64,000 nucleotides of DNA from Octopus sinensis (taxonomy: Eukaryota). Shown one piece after another: positions 25,890 to 39,562 of the stretch. Both the position numbers and the translations under genes were made by a program. Location: positions 2,480,001-2,544,000 of the forward strand of contig NC_043010.1 of the NCBI RefSeq assembly GCF_006345805.1. The letters are read 5' to 3'. The stretch's first letter is position 1; every line of letters starts with the position of its first letter. The notes under the pieces were generated by a model that searched no databases, had not been told where the DNA came from, and was given only the letters and a program-made list of their open reading frames with translations.

Positions 25890-26950
25890 ACGGATGGATG
25901 GGATGGAATGGGATGGGATGGATAGATAGATAGATTTCCTTATTAGCCATGCAGGGCTGAACACAGAAGGGACAACATACAAAGAGTTTTTCGTTTTAGA
26001 AAGAAGAGAAGGAAAAAAATGTGGGTCAAATTCTGATCAAAAGGGATTGTGAAAAAAAAGTGGGGACAATCAGTAGGGATCATGTATCACAGAAATGTCA
26101 ATGTGAAATGGGAAAACAGATTAGGTTTGTCTGTGGATAGAAAAGCCTACAGAAAAGACCACGGGAACCTTGGGCAATAGTGTCATGCAAAAAGAAAACA
26201 CATTACAGTAAGTAGGTCTCTTTTTTCCTTTCGTCTTTTTTTTTTGTTTTTGGTTCATAGGATTATACTCAAACTGGCTCCATCATTCACACATGCCATC
26301 CTTGCTACATTCACCCATCTTTTTTTGAAACATTCACTAGACAAAACGTCCCTCTCACTTTCCTCTTCAAGTGATACTTGAAGAAGTCAATGAGGGATTG
26401 ACCAGAGAGGAAAGTGTTTACCTTTCAGATGCATCCACCATACATATTCTTTCGCCATAGCCACACGTACAATGAAAATGGCTCTTCCTTCCCGTTTCAA
26501 GGAAGGAGGCATGACAATATTCACGATAGACTCGGTTGATAAACCAATTCATCCCACACGCGATAGCAGTCGTTCGACATAGGCCCACAGGTTGGAAATG
26601 GTTGGACATTGTACAAGTGCATGCAGGATGCTTTCATTGCTCTGACTGCATCTTGGACAGGTCATCCCCGTGTTTCTTAAGCCATTCCTGTAGAGCTTAT
26701 CCCGAATGGGTAGCGCTTCTCAATAGTACTGCCAAGCCAGGGATCTCTGGAAATTGTCCATAGGTCCTAGCCTGAAAGTTGTCTTGAACAGGCAGGTCAG
26801 GTATTCCTCGTCGAAGCCCAGGTTTGCTCGGAGATAGTCGTTGTACCTCCCTTCCACTAATCCCCTATAGAATGCTTTAGTTGTATTGAAGTCGCTCAAG
26901 GTTAACCTGGGATGGCATAGTTGCTTGAGAGCAACCAACACTCACTGTGT
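25890..26950 (-). pseudogene. L1/Tx1-clade LINE 3' fragment (ORF2 C-terminal CCHC knuckle plus 3' UTR)
   Basis: Translates to ...SLAWQYY*EALPIRDKLYRNG...TCPRCSQSNESILHALVQCPTISNLW; the 3' UTR ends in ctaataagg followed by an (ATCT)n tail. Confidence 0.85.
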
Positions 26951-27015
26951 GGGAGGGAGGCAGGCAGGCCGGTATGCAGGTAGGTAGGTAGATAGGTAGG
27001 TAGGTAGATAGATAG

Positions 27016-27278
27016 ATATTAAAAATGGGGAAGGCTGGTTTATGGGATTACCTTAGGTTTCCTTTCCATAAGGGGCTGAGCTTTATGGCATATCATCAGA
27101 TCCCAAAATCTGTTGGCCTAGGACCTCTTAAAAATATCTTAAATATTTCTACAATATATTTTTATGAGGTCTTAGGCCAACAGGTTTTTGTGATCTAAGG
27201 ATATGCCATAAAGATAAACCTTTTATGGACAGAAAACCTAAGGTAATCTCATAAACCTGCCTTCTCCATATTTAATAT
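27016..27278. mobile_element. Fold-back (long-TIR) MITE
   Basis: 27016-27137 is an imperfect reverse complement of 27156-27278; 18-nt loop; TA-rich ends. Confidence 0.85.
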
Positions 27279-28014
27279 ATACTACTCTACATCTTAGAGT
27301 GTGCTTCTTCTTTTGGATTTATGCTTTTTACAAACGATATATATATATATATACACACACATATATATATATCATGTATATTTACCCATCAATCTATCAG
27401 TCTATTCATCTCTCTATCTTATTCTATTTCTATTACACAGTTAAACATTAAAACCTAAACCAACAATAAAGTATCTATTGTCTGTTATATTATTATTTTG
27501 TTATTGCATCCCTTTGTTACAATATTCTTTCACATTGCTATAAACCAAACATAACTGCACTGGCTTAATACACTCACAATACACACACACACACACGCAC
27601 AAACATATGCAAGTATGTATATATGTAGTATGTATATACCAAAACAAAAACGCATACACACACAATATGTGTATGCATGGACATGTATACATACAAATAT
27701 ACATACTTTTAGTGTTTGTATTTATGTGTGTATGTATTTCGTGTGTTTATTTTTCTAACAAAAGCAAAATGAAGTATTCCCTGGGCCAAGACAGGGACAA
27801 TGTCTTTACTATAATGTATATGCTTGCTTGCTTGCTTGCTTGCATGCATACATAATATTATATATATATTACACTAAATAATCAACAAACTAGTGTGTCT
27901 ATTGTAAAAGAAACTTTGATATAATTTTGTCATCTGAAGATACAGCATTGTTTCCATGGATTACATCTCATTCAGTTTGATGTAACTATGCTTAGCTGAA
28001 TGAATACACACACA

Positions 28015-28086
28015 CACACACACATGCATATATATATATATATATGCACATACACATATAAGTACATAGACAGACAGACAGACAGC

Positions 28087-28149
<63 letters not shown>

Positions 28150-28213
28150 TAGATAGGTAGATAGATAGGTAGATAGCTAGATAGACAGACTGACAGACAG
28201 ATAGACAGATAGG

Positions 28214-28283
<70 letters not shown>

Positions 28284-28320
28284 TGCAGACAGATATATAA
28301 GTACATGTATAGACAAACAA
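28015..28320. repeat. (GACA)n/(GATA)n microsatellite
   Basis: Direct reading. Confidence 0.95.
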
Positions 28321-29100
28321 ACAGGTAGGTAGGTAGTTATACCATATTTACTTGCATTGGATATATTTAGCGAGTGAAGTAGAGAGCTTTAAAGGTCCAA
28401 GCTCAATAAGCACTGTTCCTCTTTTAGAATTCAGGAATGGTACAATGCTAAGAATTTAGTAAGATATATATATAAGGAATAACACAGCCACATCAACTGG
28501 ACCTTTCCAAACTACATCCTAATGGGAGCAGACGTAGACTCTGCTTGGTGGAGAGGAGTAACCTTTGAAAACACTCATATGAGCCAGCACTTTCCTGAAC
28601 TCAAAAACTGAAATTTTCTCAAGGTGACCTCACGAGTGCAAAATCATTTTTGTAAAATGGTCATGTCAGTTGAATTAGAGAATTATATATATACACATGC
28701 ACACATAACACACAGACACTGGCACACACACATAGCTTACATGCTTCATCTATCTCTAATATTACAGCATGATGAGTAACTCGTCTCCCTCAAAATATTT
28801 TTCACAATATTACATTCCACTTATTTCCCAAGAGACTATGTGCCTCAAGTACAAAAGAAGCTACCCACTTCAGGATAACATGTAAGAAGAGTTATCAATA
28901 TTACCTAGTGACAATATTCATAGCAAAACTTAAAGTAACACTAACCAGGTATATACTAATATACCATAACCAGTAATATATTGTTTCAGGATATAAAAAG
29001 ATCTTGGTTAACTTATCAATGATGGGTGTGCATTTTTTCTGACTTATGGACAACTAATTGATAATACATATAAATACTTATATGTTTGTATATACAAACA

Positions 29101-29132
<32 letters not shown>

Positions 29133-29769
29133 CAGATACATATCTCTAAATATATACACGCATGTGTGTATATATACATACATACATTCGTGGATGATAC
29201 ATGTATATATATATATCCTTTCTTACATGCATATATGTATGTGTGTGTGTGAGTGCGTGTGTGTGTGTAGTTTATTGGTTAGAGACAGGTGTTCTCTATA
29301 TAGAATACACTTCAAAATGCTCAAGAGATTTGAACTTGAGCTGGTAGGTGAGTAAATGTAATGAGAAGCAAGTTAGGCACATCAATATACAAAAAGTATT
29401 GAATACATTTTATAGAAAAAGTCTACATGTGTATTGATATAAAATACTCCGACTTACACAATATAAATGATATCAGGAGTTGAATGGGTAGTTTTATGAG
29501 TCCACTATTTTAAAGAAATTCTTGCAATTTTATGAGAATTATTTGAAGGTTACTGAGTTTTGTTATGTATCTGATTAAACAAATAAAAATATAGAAATGG
29601 ATAATTAATTTAATATTTTATATATATGATTATTTCTGCACCTTGCCTACTATTTCTAATAATTTATATATACATGTGTGTGTATGTATGTATGTATATA
29701 TGTATGTCTGTGTGTGTGCCTGTATGCTGTATCAAAATAATTTTTAAATTATTCAGGACAATATATATG

Positions 29770-30048
29770 TATGTATATACAGATTCTTATATGCACTCAT
29801 AAATGTATATTAACAAACATGGATACTTACAAGTATGAATATGTGTGTGTATATACATACATACATATATACACATATATACATACATACACATACACAT
29901 ATATACATACATATATACACATACACATATATACATACATATATACACATATACATACATACATACACATATATACATGCATACATATATATACATACAT
30001 ACATATATATACATACATACATATATATACATACATACATATATATAC

Positions 30049-30109
<61 letters not shown>

Positions 30110-30460
30110 TAGGTACATACATATACATTTATATACACAGATACATGTATGTAAATATGCCTAAGTATATGCATGTACATATATGTAAAATGTAGGTATA
30201 TAAATCTATACATATATATATATATATTTATATATACACACATATATACATAGTTTATATGTTAGACAAGTATATATATGTTAAATGATGATAATATATA
30301 TATATATATATTCTCACAAACATATTTATTCAAACATATAAATACACACATTTATATACATACGCATATTGATATATAAGAATATATACATACACACACA
30401 TATATAGATATATAACATATATGCACACAATAACATACATGCTCATGCTCACACACACAC
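29770..30460. repeat. Long (TA)/(TACA) microsatellite block
   Basis: Direct reading. Confidence 0.95.
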
Positions 30461-31429
30461 ACACACACAGATGTGTGTATCTATTATACTCTCAAAGGAA
30501 AATATTTCTTTACAAACTTCATCATCAGAGATTGCACTTGGGTTGTACTTCATGGCCTGACATTGAACAACCAATGTTATTTAATTAAGTTAATGGGGAT
30601 ATGAAAGGAGATTACACACGCACACACACACACACACACACACAAACACATACACAATTTTTGCTTATATCCATCTGTCTTATATTCAAAATTACTTATT
30701 TTAAAGAAGTCGAATTTTAAAAACTGAAAAATTTAAACTATTTTAAAGAAATTCTTGCAATTTTATGAGTTTTATTTTGAAGGTTACTGATGTTTGTTAT
30801 GTATCTGAATAAATAAATAAAAATATAGAAATGGATAAATAATTTAATATTTTTAATATATAATCATTTCTGCACCTTGCCTACTATTTCTATTAATTCA
30901 TATATACATGTGTGTGCATGTGTATGTATATATATATATATATATATATAATGGGTGTGTGCATGCCTGTATACTATATTAAGATTATTTTTTAAAATAA
31001 TAAGCTTTTGTTTATTAACCACAAAAATATTCAGGACAGTACAAAGATAAAAAGGATAGTTGGGATTTACATAAAACTACGTAAACAATAAAAATAAACA
31101 ATAACAATCAACAAAACATTCTAACAAAATTCAGCAGTAGAGGGGAAATGCTATCCAGGGGCAACGAAGGCATCCCACCAATTCTAAGTTATCCAACTCA
31201 CCAGAAACAGCATCCCAAGTGCTTCCCTCTCCTTCATACTGCTCACCCAACAAGAGCTAGCTTAGAGTAAGCCTATTCACTCAAGCCTTCCTTGTCACAT
31301 GAACTCACTTCTCAACAAATTTACTGGGGAACTGCACATCCCTGTCAAACCACATTTTTTTCTTTTTTCTAATGGAATTTTAAGAACTCAGTGACAGCTT
31401 AGCTGATGAGGTAAGTGCCAGTCTTCAGT

Positions 31430-31825
31430 GATACCAATCTTGGCCACCAAGCAATGTCTTGCCAGGCACAAGGCCAGCAAATTTGAAGGGAAGAGGAGTA
31501 GTCAACTACATTGATTTCACTACTTGACTAGTAACTGATCTTTGCAGGATTTGAACTCAGAGCTTGGATAACTGCTGCTAAATATCTTTTAACAGTGTTC
31601 TAACATTTCTCGTAGAGCATTTTTTCTGATACTCAATAAGTATCCTTAACTTAGAGCACATCAGCAGTTTAGTCAATACTATCAACACTAGTACTTGACA
31701 GGTACTTTACCACAGCAATCCCAGATGATGAAAGGTGAAGTTACATGAGGCAGGATTTGAACACAGAAAGTGCCCAAGGTGCCATGGAGTGGGACTGAAC
31801 CTGGAACCATATGACTGGGAAGCAT
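31430..31825 (-). mobile_element. Two degenerate SINE C copies plus a SINE A fragment
   Basis: ttggccaccaag...caggatttgaactcagagc; gtactttacc...gaaaggtgaag...caggatttgaacacag; gtgggactgaacctggaacc. Confidence 0.65.
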
Positions 31826-31987
31826 GATATGGTTTCTTTTTAGAAATTATATTGTTATGAAAGATGAGAGAAAGAATGGAAGAAATATTTTAGTAGAGAG
31901 AAAGGTGAGGAAGAAATACTAAATCCTTTCATTAGGAGTTTTAATTTTCTAAAATAATATTTAGTTATGCTCCAAATCCTTCCTTGA

Positions 31988-32214
31988 TTGACCCTTTTTA
32001 TACCAACCCACCTGAGACCTCCCTTGGTCCTATGATTAAACTTTATGTTTTAATGAGATCTAAATTAAAATTTATAAAAATTTCATGTTAATTTATGTTC
32101 CAAACACCAGGTTAATAATGACAAAAGTTATTTTACTAAATTCTTCACAATTGTTAAAATTAATCAAAACAAAGGCAGTGCCTTTCAATAGAAATTTGGT
32201 AACAAAAGCATTTA
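31988..32214 (-). mobile_element. Diverged piggyBac-type MITE (TIR family 2)
   Basis: Reverse orientation relative to 20950; ttgacccttttt...gaaatttggtaacaaaagc; internal agttattttactaaattctt shared. Confidence 0.7.
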
Positions 32215-33322
32215 TGGAGAGAAAAATTACCTACTTTACTAAATCCCATCAAATTCTTAAAATTAATTGAAACACATAGGCTGTGTGTATTTCATTAGAA
32301 ATATGGCCTCAAGAGGGCTCCAACAAGTATGATTTGAGGATAAACTACTAATTGGACTGCATGGTTTTTCCAAGGGAGTTTGAATGATTCACTGTATGAG
32401 GCTTCAGATCAGCCAGTGCCGTCTCTCTGTCTTGAAATCTTCTAATATAATAGATTTACTTCTCATCTACAAGGAAATCATAACCGTCATTCTAATAAAC
32501 TGACTGAATATGTGATAACTATTAAGCTTTGTGATCTACCATGGACCAGAATGCAAAATCAAATTATGTTTTCTTTAAACTTGACATGGGATGTTTTTCT
32601 TTATTTTGGATGATGTGTAAGGTGTATAATCAGAAAATCAAACCCAGTGGAATACTATAAGGTCCACAATTTAAAGAAACTAGTATTGTTGATCTGCACT
32701 AGAAGAATTTAATTCATACAAAATATCATACCAAAAACAGAAAATTGCAGTAAGCTAGCAGGCAATGTGAAATGAAATAATATCTTTTGGAGAATACTCT
32801 CCTCGCTCGAATTCTTCAACTAAAGTATCAGTCTCTATATTCTTCCTCTTCAAAGAACAAATGTTAACTAAATGTTATATATTCTGATCCTCATGCAAAA
32901 TCAACTGACTGTAATTTTTGTTGGCTTTTTGGTAACTAAAGTGTTAATGGAGATATTCCGCTAAAAATCTTCGCTGGAATATCAATACTTCTTTCATGAA
33001 TATATATATATTTTTTGAACAGGTGGTTGGCATTAAGAAGGGTGTCCAGGCATAGAAACCATGTCAAAATGGACAGCAGAGGTTGGTACAGTCTTCTGAC
33101 TTGGAAGTTTCTGTCAAACTGTTCTACTCATCATCAAGATGAAGAAGAAAAGACTTTTTCTAGTGCAGCTATCTTCAATTAGGTATCAATGCCTACTCTC
33201 ATCTACGGTCATGAAGTTTAGGTAATAACCAAAGGAGTGTCTTCTAATATAGCTCTAAGCTGACCAATCCCTTCTGAATGAATTTGATGGACAGAAATTG
33301 TCGAACTGCGTGGAAGCCTATT

Positions 33323-33585
33323 ATCATCATCATCATCATCATTTAGCATCCGCTTTCCATGCTAGCATGGGTTGGACGGTTCAACTGGGGTCTGGGAAGC
33401 CAAAAGGCTGCACCAGGCCCAGTCTGATCTGGCAATGTTTCTACGGCTGGATGCCCTTCCTAACGCCAACCACTCCGTGAGTGTAGTGGGTGCTTTTTAC
33501 GTGCCACCCACACAGGTGCCAGACAGGACTGGCAAACGGCCATGGACGGATGGTGCTTTTTACGTGCCACCAGCACGGGGGCCAG
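33323..33585 (-). mobile_element. SINE family B with 1-2 internal units
   Basis: (ATC)n tail on the plus strand, then homology to the B consensus including gatggtgctttttacgtgccacc units. Confidence 0.9.
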
Positions 33586-33616
33586 GATATTGTATTATAT
33601 CATATCATATTATATA

Positions 33617-35159
33617 CTAGCTGTACCCGTGACCAATTGGGTCACAACCACTCCAAGTTGAAAATGTCACTGCATGGCAGCAAAGGAAACAATACTATTT
33701 CAAACTTCATGCAATAGAATTCTTAAATAACACAGAGTTCTCCTGCCTTTGGCATGACAACTTAAATGCAACCAAGTGTTTCTTCTCTGAAAACGCTCAA
33801 ATAACCTTCAACAACTGTCTGAATAGGGACGTAGACGTAGACATAATTCTGTTTCCACTACACATGACCAACTGGTTAGGATATCTCAAGAGGAGAATAT
33901 TCTACTTCAAAACAATGGTGTCAGATCACAAATTGTTGATGTAACCCCATAGAGATCATTTCTTTGCGATCATGTGGAAGTAGTGGAGTTGACAACCAAT
34001 CTAAGACTTCTTACAGAAGGTCATTCTGATGAAAGAGAGTTTGCTAATTATCTTTTTGGTGTAGGAAATGGTAACATTTCTGTTGAACAAAGCCTAGGTG
34101 AATTCAAAATCAAACTATCCAATCATCTTTGCTTTGAAAGTGGTACTCTTTCAGATCTATGTGATTTTATATATGCTGGCCTCAAAAACAACTTCACAAA
34201 CCATGTGTGACTTGCAAACAGAACCAATGTTACTCCAACAAATGAAGTAGCACAATTTGTGAATGATTTTCTGTTGACCAGGATCCCTGGTGAGCTAAAA
34301 ATATACAGAAGCTCAGATACAGTTGATAATGAAACTCTGTACCCAATCGAGTTCATCAACAGACTTACGCCATCAGGGTTTCCACCACACATTCTCAAAC
34401 TGAAGAAAAAAATGCTGCATAATGCTTCTGAGAAATTTAGATGTTACTAATGGACACTGCAATGGTACCATGCTACATCATTGTCAGTTTACATGATCAT
34501 GTTATTGAGGCTGAAGTTGCTTCTGGTCCTTATGCAGGATCAACTCTGCTAATCCCAAGAATACCACATGTATCTCAAGAAATAGAATTTCCATTTACAT
34601 TTACACACAAACAATTTCCTGTCAAGCCAGCTTTTGCCTTGGCATGCAACACGGCACAGGGTCAGACTTTTGAACAAATTGGAATATATCTTCCGACACA
34701 ATTCTTTTCACATGGTCAGTTGTATTTTGCATTGTCTAGATTTCAAAAGAAAGCTAATATGAAAATATTGGCCGAGAGAAATGAAAACAGTATGATTACT
34801 GACAATGGTGTCTACAAGAAGATACTACTTTAAAGCAAAATATGCTTTTTAGCAAGTTTCAGTGAATAGAATAAACACATAAATTATATGTAAAGTAATG
34901 TATATATATGTGTGAAATTAAATTGTTTCGGCATATTTCAACACATGCCGAATGAAGGATATCGTTATATTAGATCATTTTAAATCTGGCCATATTTGAA
35001 AAAGTAAGGAAACGCCATTCCCATGTGTTCTCACAGCACCAGACTTTTGTGTGTGTGTGTGTGTGTGTGTATTCCTCCCTCCCTCCATCCATCCATCTAC
35101 CTATCTATGCACACCTATGTAAGTTCTACCAATCATTAATGATAAATATATATATCAGA
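33617..35159 (-). mobile_element. Putative Helitron with termini on the minus strand
   Basis: Minus-strand 3' end gtgacc caatt ggtcac gggtacag CTAG|T (33646-33616); candidate 5' A|TCtgatatatat at 35160|35159 (weaker). Confidence 0.6.
33885..34833 (+). pseudogene. Helitron RepHel C-terminal PIF1-like helicase, 5' truncated with stops and frameshifts
   Basis: SQIVDV..RSFLCDHVEVVELTTNLR; YPIEFINRLTPSGFPPHILKLK; LIPRIP...FTHKQFPVKPAFALACNTAQGQTFEQIGIYLPTQFFSHGQLYFALSR...NGVYKKILL*. Confidence 0.92.
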
Positions 35160-35624
35160 TTGACTCCTTAAAAAAGAGAGCTTATGACTGATAAAATAAT
35201 GAAAGCAATATTTACTAAGCAAGCGAGCACTATTATACAAAGAAATAATTAGACGTAAAATATCATAAAAATGATTAGAACTGGGAATCAAATGTGGAAA
35301 TATTCTCAAGTGGTGGTCTTTCTGCTTGTGCATTTAACCGACCTCACTGAGGCAACAATTTCAAGGTTGAGTGGCATGTGAATGCTCTTAAGAGTTTCAT
35401 TATAAGGTACACCATACCTTTTGCACAGTTTCCATCTAACAAATGAAATCACAAGGAAATGGTTAGCTAAACGCTATAGAAGAGAAACAACTTGCTGAGG
35501 GTGTTGCAACTTGATACAGAACCCAATAAACATAGTTGCAAAGAGATCTGAACCACACATCCATACAAGTCTCATTGTTCAACATTTACATATGTATAAA
35601 TATCTATAAATACATACACACATG

Positions 35625-35785
35625 ACAGGCTTCTTTCAGTTTCTATTGATTAAATCCATTCACAAGTCTTCGGTCAATTCTGAGTTGTAGTAAAAGACAC
35701 TTGCCAAGATGTCAAGCAGCAGGACTAAACCCAAAACCCTGAGGTTGGTTAACAAACTTTTCACCACACAGCCATACCTATGCCT
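35625..35785 (-). mobile_element. SINE family A, 5' half, diverged
   Basis: acaggcttctttcagtttc...aagacacttgccaag...caccacacagcc. Confidence 0.75.
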
Positions 35786-36214
35786 ATAATCATAATTAAT
35801 AAGATTACAAAAATGAAACTATTTTAGAAGTGGGAGATCAAATTTTAATTATAATATTTACTATATAGTCATTTACAATAATTTTCTCATTTTCTCCGAA
35901 GATTCAAAGCTTGTAAATACCTTCATATTGATAATGAGTATTTTGGCATATTAAAAGTTTGCATGATATTCAATGTTCTTCCAAAAAGTTATCAAGCCGC
36001 TTTTTTTTTAATTAGTTGGTAATCTTTCATTTTGAAACATTGCTTGTTAATCAGTTTTAATTTCTGTATATCATGTTTGACTTTTTGCTGCTTATAAGTG
36101 TAATATGTCACTTCTAAAATGATTTATATGAATGGCTTCTTGATAATGACAGGGAGAATTCTTAAGATTTCACATATGTAGTAGTTAATTTATCACTAGA
36201 TTATACATACGCAT

Positions 36215-36217
36215 GTG

Positions 36218-36257
<40 letters not shown>

Positions 36258-36640
36258 TATACATATATATATATATATACGCACATACATACATATATAT
36301 ATACGCACATACATACATATATATATACACACACATACATACATATATATATATACACACACATACATACATATATATATACACACACATCCATATATAT
36401 ATATATTATATATATATATACATACATATATATATATATGTATATATAATACATATATCTATCTATATATCTGTATATACACATACATATATCTATCAAT
36501 ATACATATATATATATATACATATTACATATATATATATTACACAAAAACACACACATATACATATATATACACATATACATATATATACACATAAACAT
36601 AAATATATGTAACCCACACACACAAACATACACACATATG
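36215..36640. repeat. Compound (TA)/(CA) microsatellite
   Basis: Direct reading. Confidence 0.95.
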
Positions 36641-36951
36641 AATTGTCATCTCTTCTGTCATAAGTTCTTGTAGACATATGAAGGGCTATGAAACAAAATA
36701 ATCTCATGGACTTTTATTGATAACAGAGCTAATATTCTGTCTGACACTATACTGAAATTATATTTAATTATGTAATACATACATACATAAATACATACAT
36801 ACATAAATACACACACACACACATCACATTTGTAAAGCCATGTATACATGTGGTTTAAATAGATATATATGCACATATACTTTTACACATATGTATATAT
36901 GTGAGTGTATGTGTAAATATATATATACCTATATATGAGTGTTTGTGTGTA

Positions 36952-36995
<44 letters not shown>

Positions 36996-36997
<2 letters not shown>

Positions 36998-37395
36998 CGC
37001 AGGAGTCGCTGTGTGGTAAGTAGCTTGCTAACCAACCACATGGTTCCGGGTTCAGTCCCACTGTGTGGCATCTTGGGCAAGTGTCTTCTGCTATAGCCCC
37101 GGGCTGACCAATGCCTTGTGAGTGGATCTGGTAGACGGAAACTGAAAGAAGCCTGTCGTATATATGTATATATGTATGTGTGTGTGTGTTTGTGTGTGCG
37201 TTTGTCCCCCTAGCATTGCTTGACAACCGATGCTGGTGCGTTTATGGCCCCGTCACTTAGCAGTTCGGCAAAAGAGACTGATAGAATAAGTACTGGGCTT
37301 ACAAAGAATAAGTCCCGGGGTCGATTTGCTCGACTAAAGGCGGTGCTCCAGCATGGCCGCAGTCAAATGACTGAAACAAGTAAAAGAGTAAAAGA
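36996..37395 (+). mobile_element. SINE family A, full length
   Basis: ggcgcaggagtcgctgtgtggtaag...gaaacaagtaaaagag. Confidence 0.92.
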
Positions 37396-37682
37396 TATAT
37401 ATATATATATATATATATATAGATCTAACAAATAACAACATATGGATTGAACACTATCCATCTATTGTTATTTGTTTATCATTCACCCTAATCAGAATCT
37501 GCAATTCCCTTGGATTTGGAGTCTATAGAGTCCAGTGTTTATACCCATGCGCAAAATTGAGGACTCATTGAATATTCAGTCAGTCATTTGTGATTGTACA
37601 CAGCTAGAGTAAAAATACATGTTTACCTTACTTCAGTATGTACATGTTTGTGTTTAAATTTAATTTGTACAGGTTAGCAATA

Positions 37683-38086
37683 GCGCAGGAGTGGCTGTGT
37701 GGTAAGTAGCTTGCTTACCAGCCACATGTTTCCGGGTTCAGTTCCACTGCGTGGCATCTTGGGCAAGTGTCTTCTACTATAACCTCAGGCCGACCAAAGC
37801 CTTGTGAGTGAATTTGGTAGATGGAAACTGAAAGAAGCCCATCATATATATATGTGTGTGTGTGTGTGTAGTGTGTGTGTGAGTTTGTGTGTCTGTGTTT
37901 GTCCCCCCAACATCGCTTGACAACCGATGCTGGTGTGTTTACGTCCCTGTAACTTAGCGGTTTGGCAAAAGAGACTGATAGAATAAGTACTAGACTTACA
38001 AAGGATAAGTTCTGGGGTCGATTTGCTCATCTAAAGGGGGTGCTCCAGCATGGCCACAGTCAAAATGACTGAAACAAGTAAAAGAG
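37683..38086 (+). mobile_element. SINE family A, full length
   Basis: gcgcaggagtggctgtgtggtaag...gaaacaagtaaaagag. Confidence 0.92.
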
Positions 38087-38184
38087 ATATCACTGACCCA
38101 ACACTGGCGCTTTTGCTTTACTATTTAAGGACCAAATTCACTTGAATCCTGAAATTTGTGTTTGTGTATATATGTATATATATC

Positions 38185-38420
38185 ATCATTATTTAAATGC
38201 CTCTGATCCATGCTGGCATGACTAGATTCAATTGGCTGAAGGATTGCAGCATACTGCACCATCTGCTTTGAAATGGTTTCAACAGCTGGATACCATTCCT
38301 AATGCCAATCACTTTAGAGTTTATACTGGAGGCATTTTTCATGCAACCAGCATTAGTGAAGTTGCCATGCACCTTGCAAAACAACAAACCCTGACGGCTG
38401 CTCAACCTGCTAGAAATAGC
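38185..38420 (-). mobile_element. Diverged SINE family B
   Basis: atcatcattatttaaatgcc...ccatgctggcatg...cagctggataccattcctaatgccaatcac. Confidence 0.75.
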
Positions 38421-39044
38421 AACTAATTCTATAACTCACACTTTACAGTCTTAAAAGATACTTCATGAAGTGCTTTAGGCATCTCTAAAAGTCAGGGTGA
38501 TGATGATGATAATACTTTTGATTACAGTTCTGTACTATCATAGCTGATGCAAGGTGGGATTAAATATGGAGAAAGTCTACTTCAAGGACATGGTATGGTC
38601 CAAAGTCTACGTTATTCACTTGGTAGGATTTATGCTATAATCTGAAATATTTAACCAACTACCAATCTGCTATTTGCTAACTCATTCAAAATGTATATAT
38701 GAACAATCACATCAGCAACAATAGCAATAGCAACATACTACTGAGAGAGGAGATGAGATGAAAAGGCAAAGCGGTTTGGGCACAGAGGATTTGGCACAGC
38801 CTGTGGTGACACTGGAAGCAAATCCTCACACATGTGTACACAGAAATTTACACATCTAGAGAGAGAGAGAGAGAGAGACAGACAGATAAAGACTGGGGGT
38901 GAGAGGCAGAAACAATAAAATTTTATTAACTGAATATGACTAAATAAATACTTTCCCACTCCTTATATGCACAAAAAGAAATATGCTGACACTCATAAAC
39001 AGAGGTGAGGAGAAAGAAAATGAGAAAAATATCAAAATGTCTGT

Positions 39045-39357
39045 CATCAAATAAATCAAATCAGCAAAACCAAATAAGGTCTCAAACCGGTTTCCCCAGT
39101 TTCCGTGGCATGTGTTCCCTCCAGCTGGATGGGATGCCAGTCCATCACAGCGTTACTCAAGAAATAGGAAGACAGAGTGAGAGAAAGTTGTGGCAAAAGC
39201 GTACAACAGGGGTTGCCACCACCTCCTGCCGGAGCCTCATGGAGCTTTTAGGTGTTTTCGCTCAATAAACACACACAACAACCGGTCTGGGAATCGAAAA
39301 CCACGATCCATCGACCGTGAGTCCGCTGCCCTAACCACTGGGCCATTGCGCCTCCAC
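39045..39357 (-). mobile_element. SINE family D (tRNA head plus V-domain-like core)
   Basis: Minus strand ggaggcgcaatggcccagtggttagggcagcg...ggttttcgattcccagacc (A/B boxes) and gatggactggcatcccatccag. Confidence 0.85.
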
Positions 39358-39562
39358 ATATATATATATATATAATGCTAAGGTGCATTGTAAGTTATCA
39401 GAAAAGGGTAAATGAAGGGACAGAAAACAGTAATGAGTCAAATAAAAACAGACAGTAATGAAAGCCAAAATTGCAAGCATAAAATAAACTACAAAAAGCT
39501 AGAAAAATGAAGAGTAAAAGAGTCAATAACAGCTAGAACTCTTCAAACCACAGCCTACCATC

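Noticed and set aside
8172-32326. Plus-strand exon candidates (acceptors at 8172 and 9951; 28428-28458; 29304-29347; 32299-32326)
   Set aside because: No recognisable peptide, no consistent phase chain among those I tested, and such signals are frequent by chance in AT-rich introns.
39280-39357. tRNA genes at SINE heads (also 50250-50330 and family A/C heads)
   Set aside because: A/B boxes are present but continue into SINE bodies, with no convincing cloverleaf or terminator.
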